A DNA stretch of 64,000 nucleotides from Phoronis australis (taxonomy: Eukaryota; Animalia; Phoronida), in NCBI GenBank assembly GCA_002633005.1, contig NMRA01000146.1:493981-557980 (forward strand), read 5' to 3'. A program made the translations under genes and the position numbers. This document shows, one piece after another, positions 12,953-24,792 of this stretch (positions within the stretch are counted from its first letter, which is position 1; every line of letters begins with the position of its first letter). The notes under the pieces were generated by a model. It saw nothing but the letters and a program-made list of their open reading frames with translations, did no database searches and had not been told where the DNA came from.

Positions 12953-15625
12953 AATTTTTCGAAAACAAAAATTTTGCACGAACATTTTTCCTTCGTTGCG
13001 GCGACAACGTCCCAAGACTTCCGACTCTCAATGTCCTTTGTAAATGTAAAACAGACAGTTGAGTGTATGTATTTTTTTCTAGCTGTTCGAACAACACGGA
13101 ATACATACAACCAGTATGCCGATAAGCCATCAGCGCTATCGTAGCGAGCCTCGTTTTGGAACGCGCCTCCTGTCGGCGTGAATTAGGTCTATATATAGCT
13201 CATTGGTTGAAACGTTGTTGATAGCAGTAAGATGAAACCTCCAGTCACTTCAATGTGGCGCGGCTATTTCGAAAGTCATCTGTTATTCAGGCAGTGGGCG
13301 CTGGTGATCTTTGTTCATATTCCCGCAAGAATGCGGAACGAGTATCTACCACCATATTATTGCTAGGCGTTTGTGATCTGATCAGTTTGCGTAGCAGGGT
13401 TAATTTTTTGTCTTTTAGACAATATGCCTGCCCGTTTTGCGAGTCAAAACTGCGTCCACTGTTACAACATATATCCAGAATTACGCCCCAAAATTAAAGT
13501 CTGAAGCTACAACCAATTGCTGTATGATAGTCACTTTGCTGGGTAAATTTCATTCACGAAGACCATGCTTAATTTCTGCAGTTTTTTTATGCTTGCACGT
13601 TTTCACAACAAGACTAGACTATTTACTGGGACTGAAGTGAATCTTGAAACTCGGGTTGTAATCATACTGTCAACTCTGCTACAGAAATTGTCTTAAGAAT
13701 GTCGGAACGAAGAGAAATGTCAGAAACGACAGCCAAACCGTCATATTTAATTTCTTTGTGTTACTTGTCTTACCGGAGATTTCAACAAAGTTACAGTTGA
13801 GTCAAACAGTGGCAACAGTCATCAGTTTCTCAACATTCTCTCCATCTCTCCACCTTGGGATAGATAAGATCTAACTCGTGCTCAGAATTTATACATGTTC
13901 GACACAGAACATCAAGTAGCAATGACCCAATTTCACTCACAACTACAAACAGTAAATACGTAAGTCAACGAGAGGTTTGAACACAAACTTATTGACTTAC
14001 ATTAGATATTTCAATAGGTTCGAAAAGGCAACGTCCTTGTTTACCTTCGAAGTATCATCACAAATCCTAAAAATTTGTAGTCTCTGATTCGATCTGGTAA
14101 CAAAGTGTACAAATATTCTGCTAGCAATTAATCGTCAATACAAATGATTACTTTGAATAGAAAATAACCTTTATTGGTGACTGATAAGGAGAAACTGCTT
14201 AGATAAGCATGATTCCGCTTTCCCCAGAAACAATCTAAACAAGAATGACTTTCTGCGCGTACTTCAAATGGGTAGTAATACTGTATATCTAGCTTTATGT
14301 GGTAAAGCAAACTCATTAAATCGTTTTAACAACGCGTTTTTAGTTTTTGATTTTTAAGTTCGCTAATATAAATAAATTGAATACCATAAAATCTCCCTAA
14401 ACGTACACATCATAACCCAAATAAAAGATTTTTTGAATTTTGAAGACACATTGGTTATTTCCAAATTCGTGTCACGAAAGGAAGATGTGTGGTCACTTGC
14501 AGTGGCATAACGTAGCAGGCTAGAAGACGAGGGGATTTTGAGCAAGACCTAGGCGATTAATATGAAGCTAGAGATGTGAGTGCATACTAGCCTCAAACTC
14601 AAGTCCCCTCCCTGAATACCTCAACGCACATATTTCTGAATGGATGTTATACCACTTCATAATGCTCTGTTCCGAGCATATCGAAGCTTTGGATAATTTA
14701 TACGGTCATTAAATATGGCCTCACCCGAGAGTAAGCCAATTCGTGTAGCCGTCGTATTTGCGTTTTGCAGGCACGTAGCCAGGGGGTTAGGAGGTTTCAA
14801 TCGAAACCATTTCTCTGGTTCGTAAAACAAAATTATTACGTTTAACTCTCTTGGCTGTTTTTTTAGTGAAAGGTATACGAAAACTCATTGAATTCCTTAC
14901 GATACATCAATGAAATTCCTTTTGAGCCACAAGGATATATCATGAACGCTTCAAGTTCGCAGTAGGTACATGTAGTTGCATATTTGTTAAATAGTAAAAC
15001 TAGCAAAACTAAAACGACGAGCGTCGGTATTAAAATACATTAAAATATCCCCCACGTTTCGAGAGATGCGCTCCTTGTCAAGGGTGTGCTGCAGACTGCT
15101 GAGTACATTTAGATGGATCTAATATAAAATGGCACGGAAGACCACATGGCAGACGATCTTTCNCGTCCTTGTTGATTTAAGATACAGTACCAGTTCCAGG
15201 TGAATATAGATGTTGTATTTGCCCTTCGTGTACGCCTGCTTTGCGAACAATATGCTCTGAGCTCCAAGCCGATGATGTGTGCGGTGGACCAGATGTTTTT
15301 GTTGGCACGTTGTTACATACCGTGCATCACGCGCTTTTGAAGCGCTTCAAATAGATGGAAGCATCACCGCTCTGCATCTGTCTTTGGCGATTGCGGAGAG
15401 GCGATGATAAGAGTAATTTGACGCGCTGAGTTTTCCGATCAGTTTTGACACTTTCCTGATCATTCCCTCACTTGGAGTGCAGGTGGTGACAATTTGTCAG
15501 AATTGCTTAGACTTTGGCGTCGGGGAGTGAAAAAGGTATACCAGTGGAATCGACAAGAAATCCGGTGTATTCCACAAACTATCCAGGGTCGAGATCACAC
15601 GGTCTCAGTTTATCATTCACCCTAA

Positions 15626-16754
15626 AGGCCCAGTCATACAGCCGATCACGCATGAATCACTCATACAACACGCACAAATTCAATTTGTCGAGAAATTGAC
15701 CAAATTTTCCGGGTGTAGAGGTTAGAAATCACTGACAAATAACTGACAAATCACCTATGGCCCACGCACATATCACTTACAATCACTGATGAATCACTGA
15801 CATATCGCGCATGTCGACGCATACAAGCCAAAATGATCTGATATTCTACGAACCTTCGACGCATGCCTCACGCATGAATCACTGACGGATCACGTTCAAA
15901 CACTTTTGTAAGTGATTGTCAGTGGATGTCAGTGGAATGAACGTCACATATGCGTATTTCATGCGTGATATGAAGGTGGGGCGTCAGTGGACGGACGTGG
16001 ACGTGCGTGATTTCGAACCAGTTCTGACGCATAAGCACTGATGGCAAACGCGTGTCCAGCGCATAATCACGCATACCCGACGCATAAACTACGCACGTCA
16101 ACTCACAAATTACTCCCACNTGACCAAATTTTCCGGGTGTAGAGGTTAGAAATCACTGACAAATAACTGACGAATCACCTATGGCCCACGCACATATCAC
16201 ATACAATCACTGATGAATCACTGACATATCGCGCATGTCGACGCATACAAGCCAAAATGATCTGGTATTCTACGAACCTTCGACGCATGCCTCACGCATG
16301 AATCACTGACGGATCACGTTCAAACACTTTTGTAAGTGATTGTCAGAGGATGTCAGTGGAATGAACGTCACATATGCGTATTTCATGCGTGATATGAAGG
16401 TGGGGCGTCAGCGGACGGACGTGGACGTGCGTGATTTCGAGCCAGTTCTGACGCATAAGCACTGATGGCAAACGCGTGTCCAGCGCAAAATCACGCATAC
16501 CCGACGCATAAACTACGCACGTCAACTCACGAATTACGCACACCGACGCAGAGTTGTGCGTTGGAAAATTTTTGAACCGTTCAAAACTCAAAATCGCGCA
16601 CAAACCCCCCTCGACGCACATCCTCTTACATTCACTGATGCTCCACGTTGGTTCCACTGACCAATTACGCAGACGACGCAAGCTTCACGCATAAGCGAAA
16701 ATCTGTGCGTGATTCATGAGTGATTCATGCGTAATCGGCTGTATGACTGGGCCT
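15626..16754. mobile_element. Non-autonomous PIF/Harbinger element
   Basis: TIR AGGCCCAGTCATACAGCCGAT / ATCGGCTGTATGACTGGGCCT with TAA TSD at 15623-15625 and 16755-16757. Internally rich in TCACTGA and ACGCA motifs. Length is inflated by a ~420-bp duplication at N16120. Confidence 0.85.
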
Positions 16755-16935
16755 TAACATCTGTCGACGCCTGAACGCCACATCGCTCTCTTTCATCATT
16801 TTTTCTGGGATTGGTTGAGAAATATGATTTTCACTTTACACAGGCGGGTAAAACTGAATAGAGCAACGTTTGGGATGAGCTCAGACACATTTTTTGGTAA
16901 TAATTACTTCCAGAGGTTGTATCTCCCTAGTACAT

Positions 16936-16976
16936 TGACACACGCATACACACACATGCGTGCGTGTGTGTGCATG
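16936..16976. repeat. Short (CA)n/(TG)n inverted microsatellite
   Basis: acacacgcatacacacacatgcgtgcgtgtgtgtgcatgt. Confidence 0.6.
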
Positions 16977-19900
16977 TATTTGTACAAGACCATGCGACAC
17001 ATATAACACAAAATAACTTACGTGGCGACAGATCTATATCGCTGATTTCGTACTTCCTCACCAAACCCCAAGAGTAATTTTTTTCTGTCTCGAACTTATA
17101 GGTGAAACCAAGAAGTTGGCAGTTGATGTGGGGATTCAATACGGAGGTAGGTTGCCACCTGGCACCTCGACAGACTCTGTGTGGGCTCTTTACACACAGT
17201 CTCTCGCAATCGCTAAGTGTATACGCCGTGTGGTTACCCCTCACTTTTGCACGGGGTACGTTTCTATATCGAAGGTATTCCACACCTATGTAAAAGATGA
17301 GTCATAAGCCATGGCTTGTGTAATGGGGCTGAAGTGCTGGTTTTGCAACGGATAGTTCCGAAAATGTAGTTCGGGCACGTACCTTGTAGATACCATTGCG
17401 AATTCCCGATGGGCTAATGTAAATAGGGCTGTAGATTCCGGCATACGTACTGCAACCGAACCCCTTTGATGCATTTCTGGTGACATGTCATTGATATTAA
17501 TAATGGCTATGGGGGCCACACAAGGGGAATTACAGGCAGCATTCAAACTTTTGAGGTTATACTTTATATAAATTCTTTTGCGTTGAGCAATGTACTCAAT
17601 CTCCGCATCATTAGTTGTGACTTAGATTCGTGTTTTTGATAAACAATCACTTTGACACCAGCATCTCTTCTGCAATTCGATTGAATTACATGTACAGTGC
17701 GGCGTGAAACAGTCCGAGATGCTAACCAATTTTCCCTGTCCTCGAGAGTTTGGACGCCGTGTGTAACAGGTCAGGCCAAAATAAACCTTTGGCACTCTAT
17801 TATTCGTCTGTGCCGGAGTTCGAAAAACGGTGCTTCCATTGGACATTTGCTTCATTTCTGAAGAATTACATGTATATGCAATAATTTTCTTTCCGTTGAT
17901 TTCAAAACCCTAAAAGTGTGGAAACTTAATTTTGAGTGGCGTTTGCGGTCACAGTTTTGTGGGAATTAGTGGCATTGCAAACTGACTGTTTATCAATGAC
18001 TCGATATTAAAAATTTGGACAGTTTGTATTACATCCAAAATACTGTCTTTACATTATTGTGGCGTTTTCCACGGCGACTTGTGTCTTGAAGTGTCTCGGT
18101 AGCGTCTCGGCGAAGTGCATGTGACCATGGCCTTACAGCTCTTGCCGACATGTGTTCATCGCATAGACTTCTGTGAATCTTCATCTCAGGCGCAACCAAA
18201 TTGACATTTTGCAGCATATTAAATGTTTGATTTTGGTAGGCAGCTAGTGAAACATTTGACCCCTTAAAACCGCAGGGGAAATGCCCCAGTAAAAATCCGA
18301 AGGGGAAATGGCTCTGTAAAATGTGACATGTCTGATACTTGAAGTTAATATATACATCATTAGATATCCCTAAATAATTCGTGGTAACTTTTGTTCTGGT
18401 ATAGTGTGGAGTCCGTCGTTTGAAAACTGCTTTTAACCAAAATTCTGAATTGCAACTCACCTTTTGTATGGGAATACTTTGTGTAGTAGGGTGGGTCGGG
18501 ATTGTTCCTGACATATTTTGTCATTATCTCTCCTACTTCCGCCTTCAAGATCCGGCATTGATCGTCCCAGAAAGTAGCGTAGTCGCAAACAACACGACTG
18601 CAGTATTGTGCACAGTTGAACTCAGACTTAATAGAGGGCACTGCTATGGCACTGGTTAGAAAGTCCTTGAATTTTTTTCCCATGGTTCTCGTGGTAGAAT
18701 ATGCCTTAAACAGTAATGGGATAGCCATAAGGATTGAATCAACTTCATCAGTGTCAAAATTTTAAAATGGATGTCAACCAACTGGTTAGATGTTCACGCT
18801 AAACCTGATTCTGTAGTTTAACTTGATTATTGATCTATTGCAAGCTCCGCCCCTTGCCAAAAGTCACGTGACACCCGACAAACAAACAAGATGTCAGAGG
18901 TAAATACACTATCCCTAAACGACGTTCTTGGTTGAATTGATGAATTTTTTGCACTGTCCGAAAAAACTTCGAGAAAGACAACAGGCGATGCTTTTCAGCA
19001 AATAAGCCAACGTTCATCATGTGGGAATATGTAAAGGTGACAATGAAAAAGCGGTTCGAGGAAAGGTATTTCGGAGCCAGCGAAAATCTGAAGAACCGCA
19101 CACGGGGTACACCTTCACCAGACAAATGACAAGGCCACTGATGTGATATGTTCATGTAAAGCTGCGTACATACCTTAAAGTCGAATTATCTATACGATGA
19201 CATAGATTTCAGGATCTTTTGAGCAAAATCATTGTAGATTCACCAATATTTTAATTCTGTCGTTTCCTAAAATCCGAAAAGTAGGTCACCACTATTGGGG
19301 ATCCCTGGATAAATTAGGTCGAGTCGTTCACACTTTACTAAATTTCGAACGAAATATTTTGATTAAGAGAACTCAGGTCTAAATCTCAACTACATACTCA
19401 TCTTGTGCAAGGCAAACAGTTACTTCCGGTAGGTCTAGGGCTGGGTCCAAGTCAAATTATTGCACGAAATTGCACCAATAAGACATTTAAGTTAGGCCCA
19501 CCTTCTGATGAACTTTGCATTTTTTATAGTTTCATTGCATAAAGGTAGCTTTCAGTTATTTTTAAACATAGCATCAGTAAATTGTGGTACGGTTACAAAA
19601 GATGAAAAGTCTGGTGTAGCGGTAAAAATGGCTATTTACAAAACAACACAAATTCTGTGGTAAAGCTTCGTAAATCTAATTATCTTGTTTGAAAAATTTT
19701 AAAATCAGCTCCCTCTTACTCTACAGGCGTATTGTATACTAGGTTCTCCTCAAAAAAGTAATTCAACTGTTTATTTTTTGTGAAAACATCTCGAACAAGG
19801 TTTTGTGCTCAGTAATCCAGTGCCCCTCCCTGAGCAGATCGAATCTCTCAATTTTGGAGAGAAGTTCAGTTGAACGTCAGCCTATGGGCATATGAATAAC

Positions 19901-20913
19901 AAAAATATACTTCTGCTACGAAACAAAACAATGTTTGTAGGTCGCAATAAGTGAAGATTAGTAAAAATATCAAAACAATTTCCAGGGACTGTCGCTAGAC
20001 TAGTGGTGCTGAGATCCAGCAGTTTCGGAGACAATGGCAGCCAGGAGAGTGGACATCTGGAGTCAAAATCAGATACAGTAGGCCTACACCATGGACACAA
20101 CACTGAAAAGTGCGTATCTTAGAACAAATATTTTTGTGTTTACCTTCGAGTAATCAAGCAACATTGCCGAGTTCAGCTGCTCGTGTGGTCGTTCACACAG
20201 TTCGATACATAAATAAATTTTTGACATCACTTTTCACGGCTTCGGTGATGCCCAAAAAGTGACGGGATATTCTGGTGTCAGACTTACACACGCCATACCA
20301 ACACAGTTTCACCATTCTTATCACACAATTTCTTGAGCTATAGACTAAAATACGTTTTACCCGACAACGTATTGCTTGTAAGGTAAAAGAGAGGCTTGGA
20401 AACGCAGACGAAATGTGTCAAGAATGCTGCGCGTTCTGATTGGTCAGTTAACCCGTGAGTCGTAATCCTGACGAAAGGTCAGGTAGAGTTGAACGGAGCA
20501 GTAGCCTTGTGTTGTGTGCTGAACTTCGGTCCGTCAATGAGACAGTTCTACAGTGTATACCCGAATACTAAATAAATACTCTAGTAGCAGTAACTGACAA
20601 TAGACATTTTAGGATTGGCTTCATTAGACTAGTGAACGGTTTATATACAAGTTACAAATGTGTGGGTTGCTTGCTCTAAACTTCATGGTCAAAGGTTATA
20701 CAAGAAACAAACGTAAACAACTCTTACGAATGTACCTGTGTATTTGCTGGATACTCTACATTACAAAAAATCACCGTTGTATTCCGCAGAACGAGCTCTC
20801 GCCGTATTGGCTTTGAGATCTACAGATACTCAGAAATCTTGCCATAACTGCGCGGAATTTTCGGAATAATTCCGAAGATGATGGGAACGGTAACCCTTAA
20901 CTTCAACGCTTAA

Positions 20914-22536
20914 AGGATCATGCCACCCAAAACAACGACATAATTTGTATCAATTTAGATCGAATAGTTCTACTCGGTAACGGCACGTACTGCACGGTTG
21001 CGTTACCTGACACCTGACTGCAGACGGAGGTGTTGAAATTACCCAGTGACGTAATTCGTTTCACACGCAGACTGTTCAGCAGTTCACCACAAGGGTTACT
21101 GGTGTCAGCTTATCGCTTGAATTCAACAACAATAAATCATCAAACTTCGATTTAAAACCCTTAAAAAATCACCAAGTTCGTATAAAAACGTGTTGTTTTA
21201 TTTGGCTGTTACGGATTTATTGGTATTTGGACACACCGTATCCAACAAAGTTTGGAAGAAGTTGAAGGAGTTTGGGGTCTGTTCGGAGATAAATTCGGAG
21301 TATTTTTGGTTGAGATACAGACAGGAGATTTTAGATCTGTGTTGTTTAGACTTGTGCTTTTTTGGGTTCTAACCACATAAAACGCTTGTTATCCGGGCCA
21401 GTGGCTCAGAGCCCGATCAGGCCCATCGCGGCCGGACTGAAGACATCACGAACGTAAACCAGCCAAAGTTGGAAGCTAAACTTCCAGTCAAGAAAATATT
21501 GTACTAGTGAGCCAAAGAAGTAATGTGCACGTGATTGTGTTGGCGAATTAGCCACAGAACTGCAAATCTACGTACTCGTCGCGCTCCGTGAATTCAGGTA
21601 CCGCTTTGGCCAAAGAACCGTCAGGGCAGAAGTTGTACATTGAAAATCGTTATTTGAATACTGTAAATTTAAATAAAGATTCCCCTAACACCTGACCGTG
21701 GGATAGAAAATCGAGTTGTTTCGCAACAGTTTCTGTCAGAAAACACTGAATTAGCATGCACTCACACGGCCTCGGTGTCTCGTCAATTAGTTTTATTGCA
21801 CCTAAAGCCGGTAACGCAGTGATTTATTCAATGCTGGATTCTCAAATCATTTGCACTCACGAGCACTCCAAAGGCATTACAAGTTGCAACTAATGAGACA
21901 TATTTTGTTTCAGTTTCATATAAGGATTGGTTAGGATGTGAATAATATATTTTGAAACAGAACGCTCAGTAATAAACGTCAACATGGCAACTCGCAATCC
22001 CGACTTAGACGAGAGCTCATGCGGGCTAAGATTTCAAAGGTGCATCGTTAAGTTTCACAGGCTATCAGTTCGAACCGGAATTCAGTGAAATACTTGAGAG
22101 GCGCCGTGAACAAGCTCAGACAACGGAACGTATGGATAGTTATTTGGTAAGTCGGCATTCGTCAGGCATTGTTTACGACTGCAGGCCACAGACACGGAGA
22201 TGTTTCACGGCCTCATACTTGCTATTTACAGCGTACTTTTTATTCTTCACTACCGCGAGCCACTTCCTAGGCGTCTAGGACTCTCGAGGAAGTAGAAATA
22301 AGGGTTTTCCCGCTTTTCTCGCAGCTGCATAGTTCGGACAAGCGGGAACGATGCACCGGAATATAGAGGCATTCACTCTGCAAATGAACCACTGACGTCG
22401 CTGCGTCGTTTCTCACCTTCCTCACAGGTTAACGCAATACCTCTCGACAAGGTAAGGTAGACCGTATGTGAGGCGATGTGGATGTAGACCTATAAAGATG
22501 GCAAAAAAGACTAATTTAATCAGGTGGCGTTCTCCT
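20914..22536 (+). mobile_element. Non-autonomous Kolobok-type DNA transposon, copy 1
   Basis: TTAA at 20910-20913 and 22537-22540. TIR AGGATCATGCCACC / GGTGGCGTTCTCCT (purine-purine termini). A full-length diverged inverted copy lies at 40907-42461. Confidence 0.8.
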
Positions 22537-24540
22537 TTAACTGCAGTTATGATGGAAACTAAGTAGCAAAGTTTCACGGTTAAAACTTTGTGGGGAAAGT
22601 GCCTTTAGGGAGCCGCTTTTATGAAAGCCACCTTAGAGAATGTTAACATGGGAGCAATGAAACGGAAAACACCTTCTTCAAAAATACAGTAAAGAATACA
22701 TTGTGAGATCTTATGAAAGCCTTGATTTAGACAAGTTGTATAAGCCAATACTACTAAACTATAAACGTGAAAAAAACTAAATAGAAAAAACGAATACTTC
22801 AAACACAGAGAAAAGAGACCTGTAGAGTCTAATGCATGAAATATTGAACTACACGAACACGTTAAACACGAGACATGTGTAAGCAAACGGGTGTATAAAG
22901 ATTTACATTGTAGTACGATTACAAAGAAAAAACGCGACCACGAAATAGCAAACATTTTTTTGTTGTGCATACAGTGCTACAGACTAATAGCATAAGGCTT
23001 CTTCATGTAGTCAGAGAATTTGTGAAGCGATTGTGTTGTTATTTTTTTGTTGAACGCCTACAGGATATTTACTGTTGTTGACTAATTTTAAACCAGCTTT
23101 AAGTCAGTGTCTTATTTACTTTTGGGTTGGCAAATCAATGATTTCGGGTGTGGTATTGCTGCTAGGTAATCATTCAAATGAGCAGGGACTGTGACGCAGC
23201 GTTGCCTGTTGTCTGAGTAACTATTGTCAAAATGAATGTTTGAAACGTGGAAGTTCTGAAAAATCCCAAGCCGCTACTTGGTGGCCATCGCAAGTATCAA
23301 AATCAGACACTGTTTCCCTCTAAATTCGTTTGAATGTTGATGTTGACTTCCAAACTTGAAACTTCTGATGGTGTTCCTAGATTTACTACATTTGATTCAC
23401 AGTTGTTTCATTGATTTCGTGAATTGAATGCACTTGACTCCACGTTAAAATTGCAACAGGAATTACGCAGGCAGAAGTCGGATTTTTTCGGTAAAAATCG
23501 GGCAAGATCGGGGAACTTCACGCCACCAAGTTATGGGGTCGTATGCACCCTATGCTCGTCAGTCCGTCGTCGATGGGAGGATTAACTGAGTTAGAGACAG
23601 AGTGTACGTAGGTTTACGAGTAAAAGTAGAGGAAGTTAAGGCGAATGTGCGCCGTAACAGCCGAACGACCTTATTATTTTCATCGACGGAAACTTAAGTC
23701 GAATAGGTAACCTCATTGCAGTCTTCGGCGCTAATGTTTTCGTTTTCAATTTTGGCATTTTTGTAAAGGTGCCAAATGCGACTCAGCGTTTAGCTTAGCG
23801 TCGAGCACTGTTGACATAATACATATGACATTTTATGTCACCCTCATGTGTTGTTTCACTGTAAACTAGCTTCGATATCGCTTCGCAGTTTACGCATATA
23901 AATGTTGTTTAAGTGTTTCATTATTTCATGTAAGCTATATTGCTTCGTCCTCATTCTCATATTGTTTTGATTTTCGGCTCAGTTACCCTATTTGGTATCC
24001 CACTATTGGTTTATTTGTATCAGGTGAATTATTTGTCTCGTCCCAACACTGCACCATCGTCCATATGTTCTTTTAAACTTTGCTTTTCATTCAATTTTTC
24101 TATATCCCTCCCATTTCCCTTAATCCATTATATTTCTACGTATTCTCTTCACATATGAATTGCTCTGTGTATCTTTGGTGTATTGTTACCCACCTTTATA
24201 GTTCAACATATTCTATAACTTCGTATTTATCAATATCTCGACATATTATTGACCTTTTTGATTTCTTAATACTTGCAAGAGTTCAGTGCAGTTTGTCAGG
24301 CAGATCATCACCCACCTTTATAATTAAACACGTTATGTAGCTTTTGTACGTGTTGATATCTGTAGCAGTCTAGTTTGTCGTAATATAAACCTCTAGTTTC
24401 ATCCTCATTAAGCGTCTCACTGTAAACTATCTTCGGTATCTCTTCCCCTATGAAAATCCTTTGGTAAGTGGCCGGTTACCGAATAAACGTGCTTAGCGAC
24501 TGCACTCAACGACAAGGCAGGTGGTTTCAGCTGTACTTGA

Positions 24541-24692
24541 TGTGGTGATATTCCTTAGGCTTTAGTAGACTGGCGCCACCTTTTATTTCCTATCATAAAT
24601 TAGTGTTGCAATATAAGTCACATTCTTGAATCTCGCCGTCTTTATTGGTGTTGTCTCACTTCTGTTTGCAGGAACTGTTGTTAACTATAACA
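24541..24692 (+). repeat. 5' LTR of the Gypsy element
   Basis: TGTGGTGATATTCCTT...TGGCGCCACCTTTTATTT...GCAATATAAGTCAC...CTCGCCGTCTTTATT...AACA; matches 28931-29086. Confidence 0.85.
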
Positions 24693-24792
24693 TGCTGTCA
24701 GCGATTTGACGTTAAATTCATGATGGGACGAGCTGTGCTTTTTGAGTAGTCGGCTCTTGAGGTTGAGCTGTTTTGCGTTGAAGATTTTCTAT

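Larger units (their letters stand above)
14950..18755 (-). pseudogene. Decayed, apparently intronless gene with multiple PAN/Apple-like Cys repeats
   Basis: Possible signal-like start MKLIQSL at ~18748. Repeated modules: FNCAQYCSRVVCDYATFWDDQCRIL; TLSDCERLCVKSPHRVCRGARWQ...NCQLL; YQKMCLSS; VYINFKYQTCHIL. Many stops and frameshifts. The frame continues across the 15626-16754 insertion (RRRQMLR|VNDKLRPCD). The lower boundary is approximate. Confidence 0.6.

Noticed and set aside
15919-16681. Duplicated ORFs 15919-16119 and 16343-16681 as tandem genes
   Set aside because: They are chance ORFs inside a non-coding Harbinger element duplicated around an assembly N.
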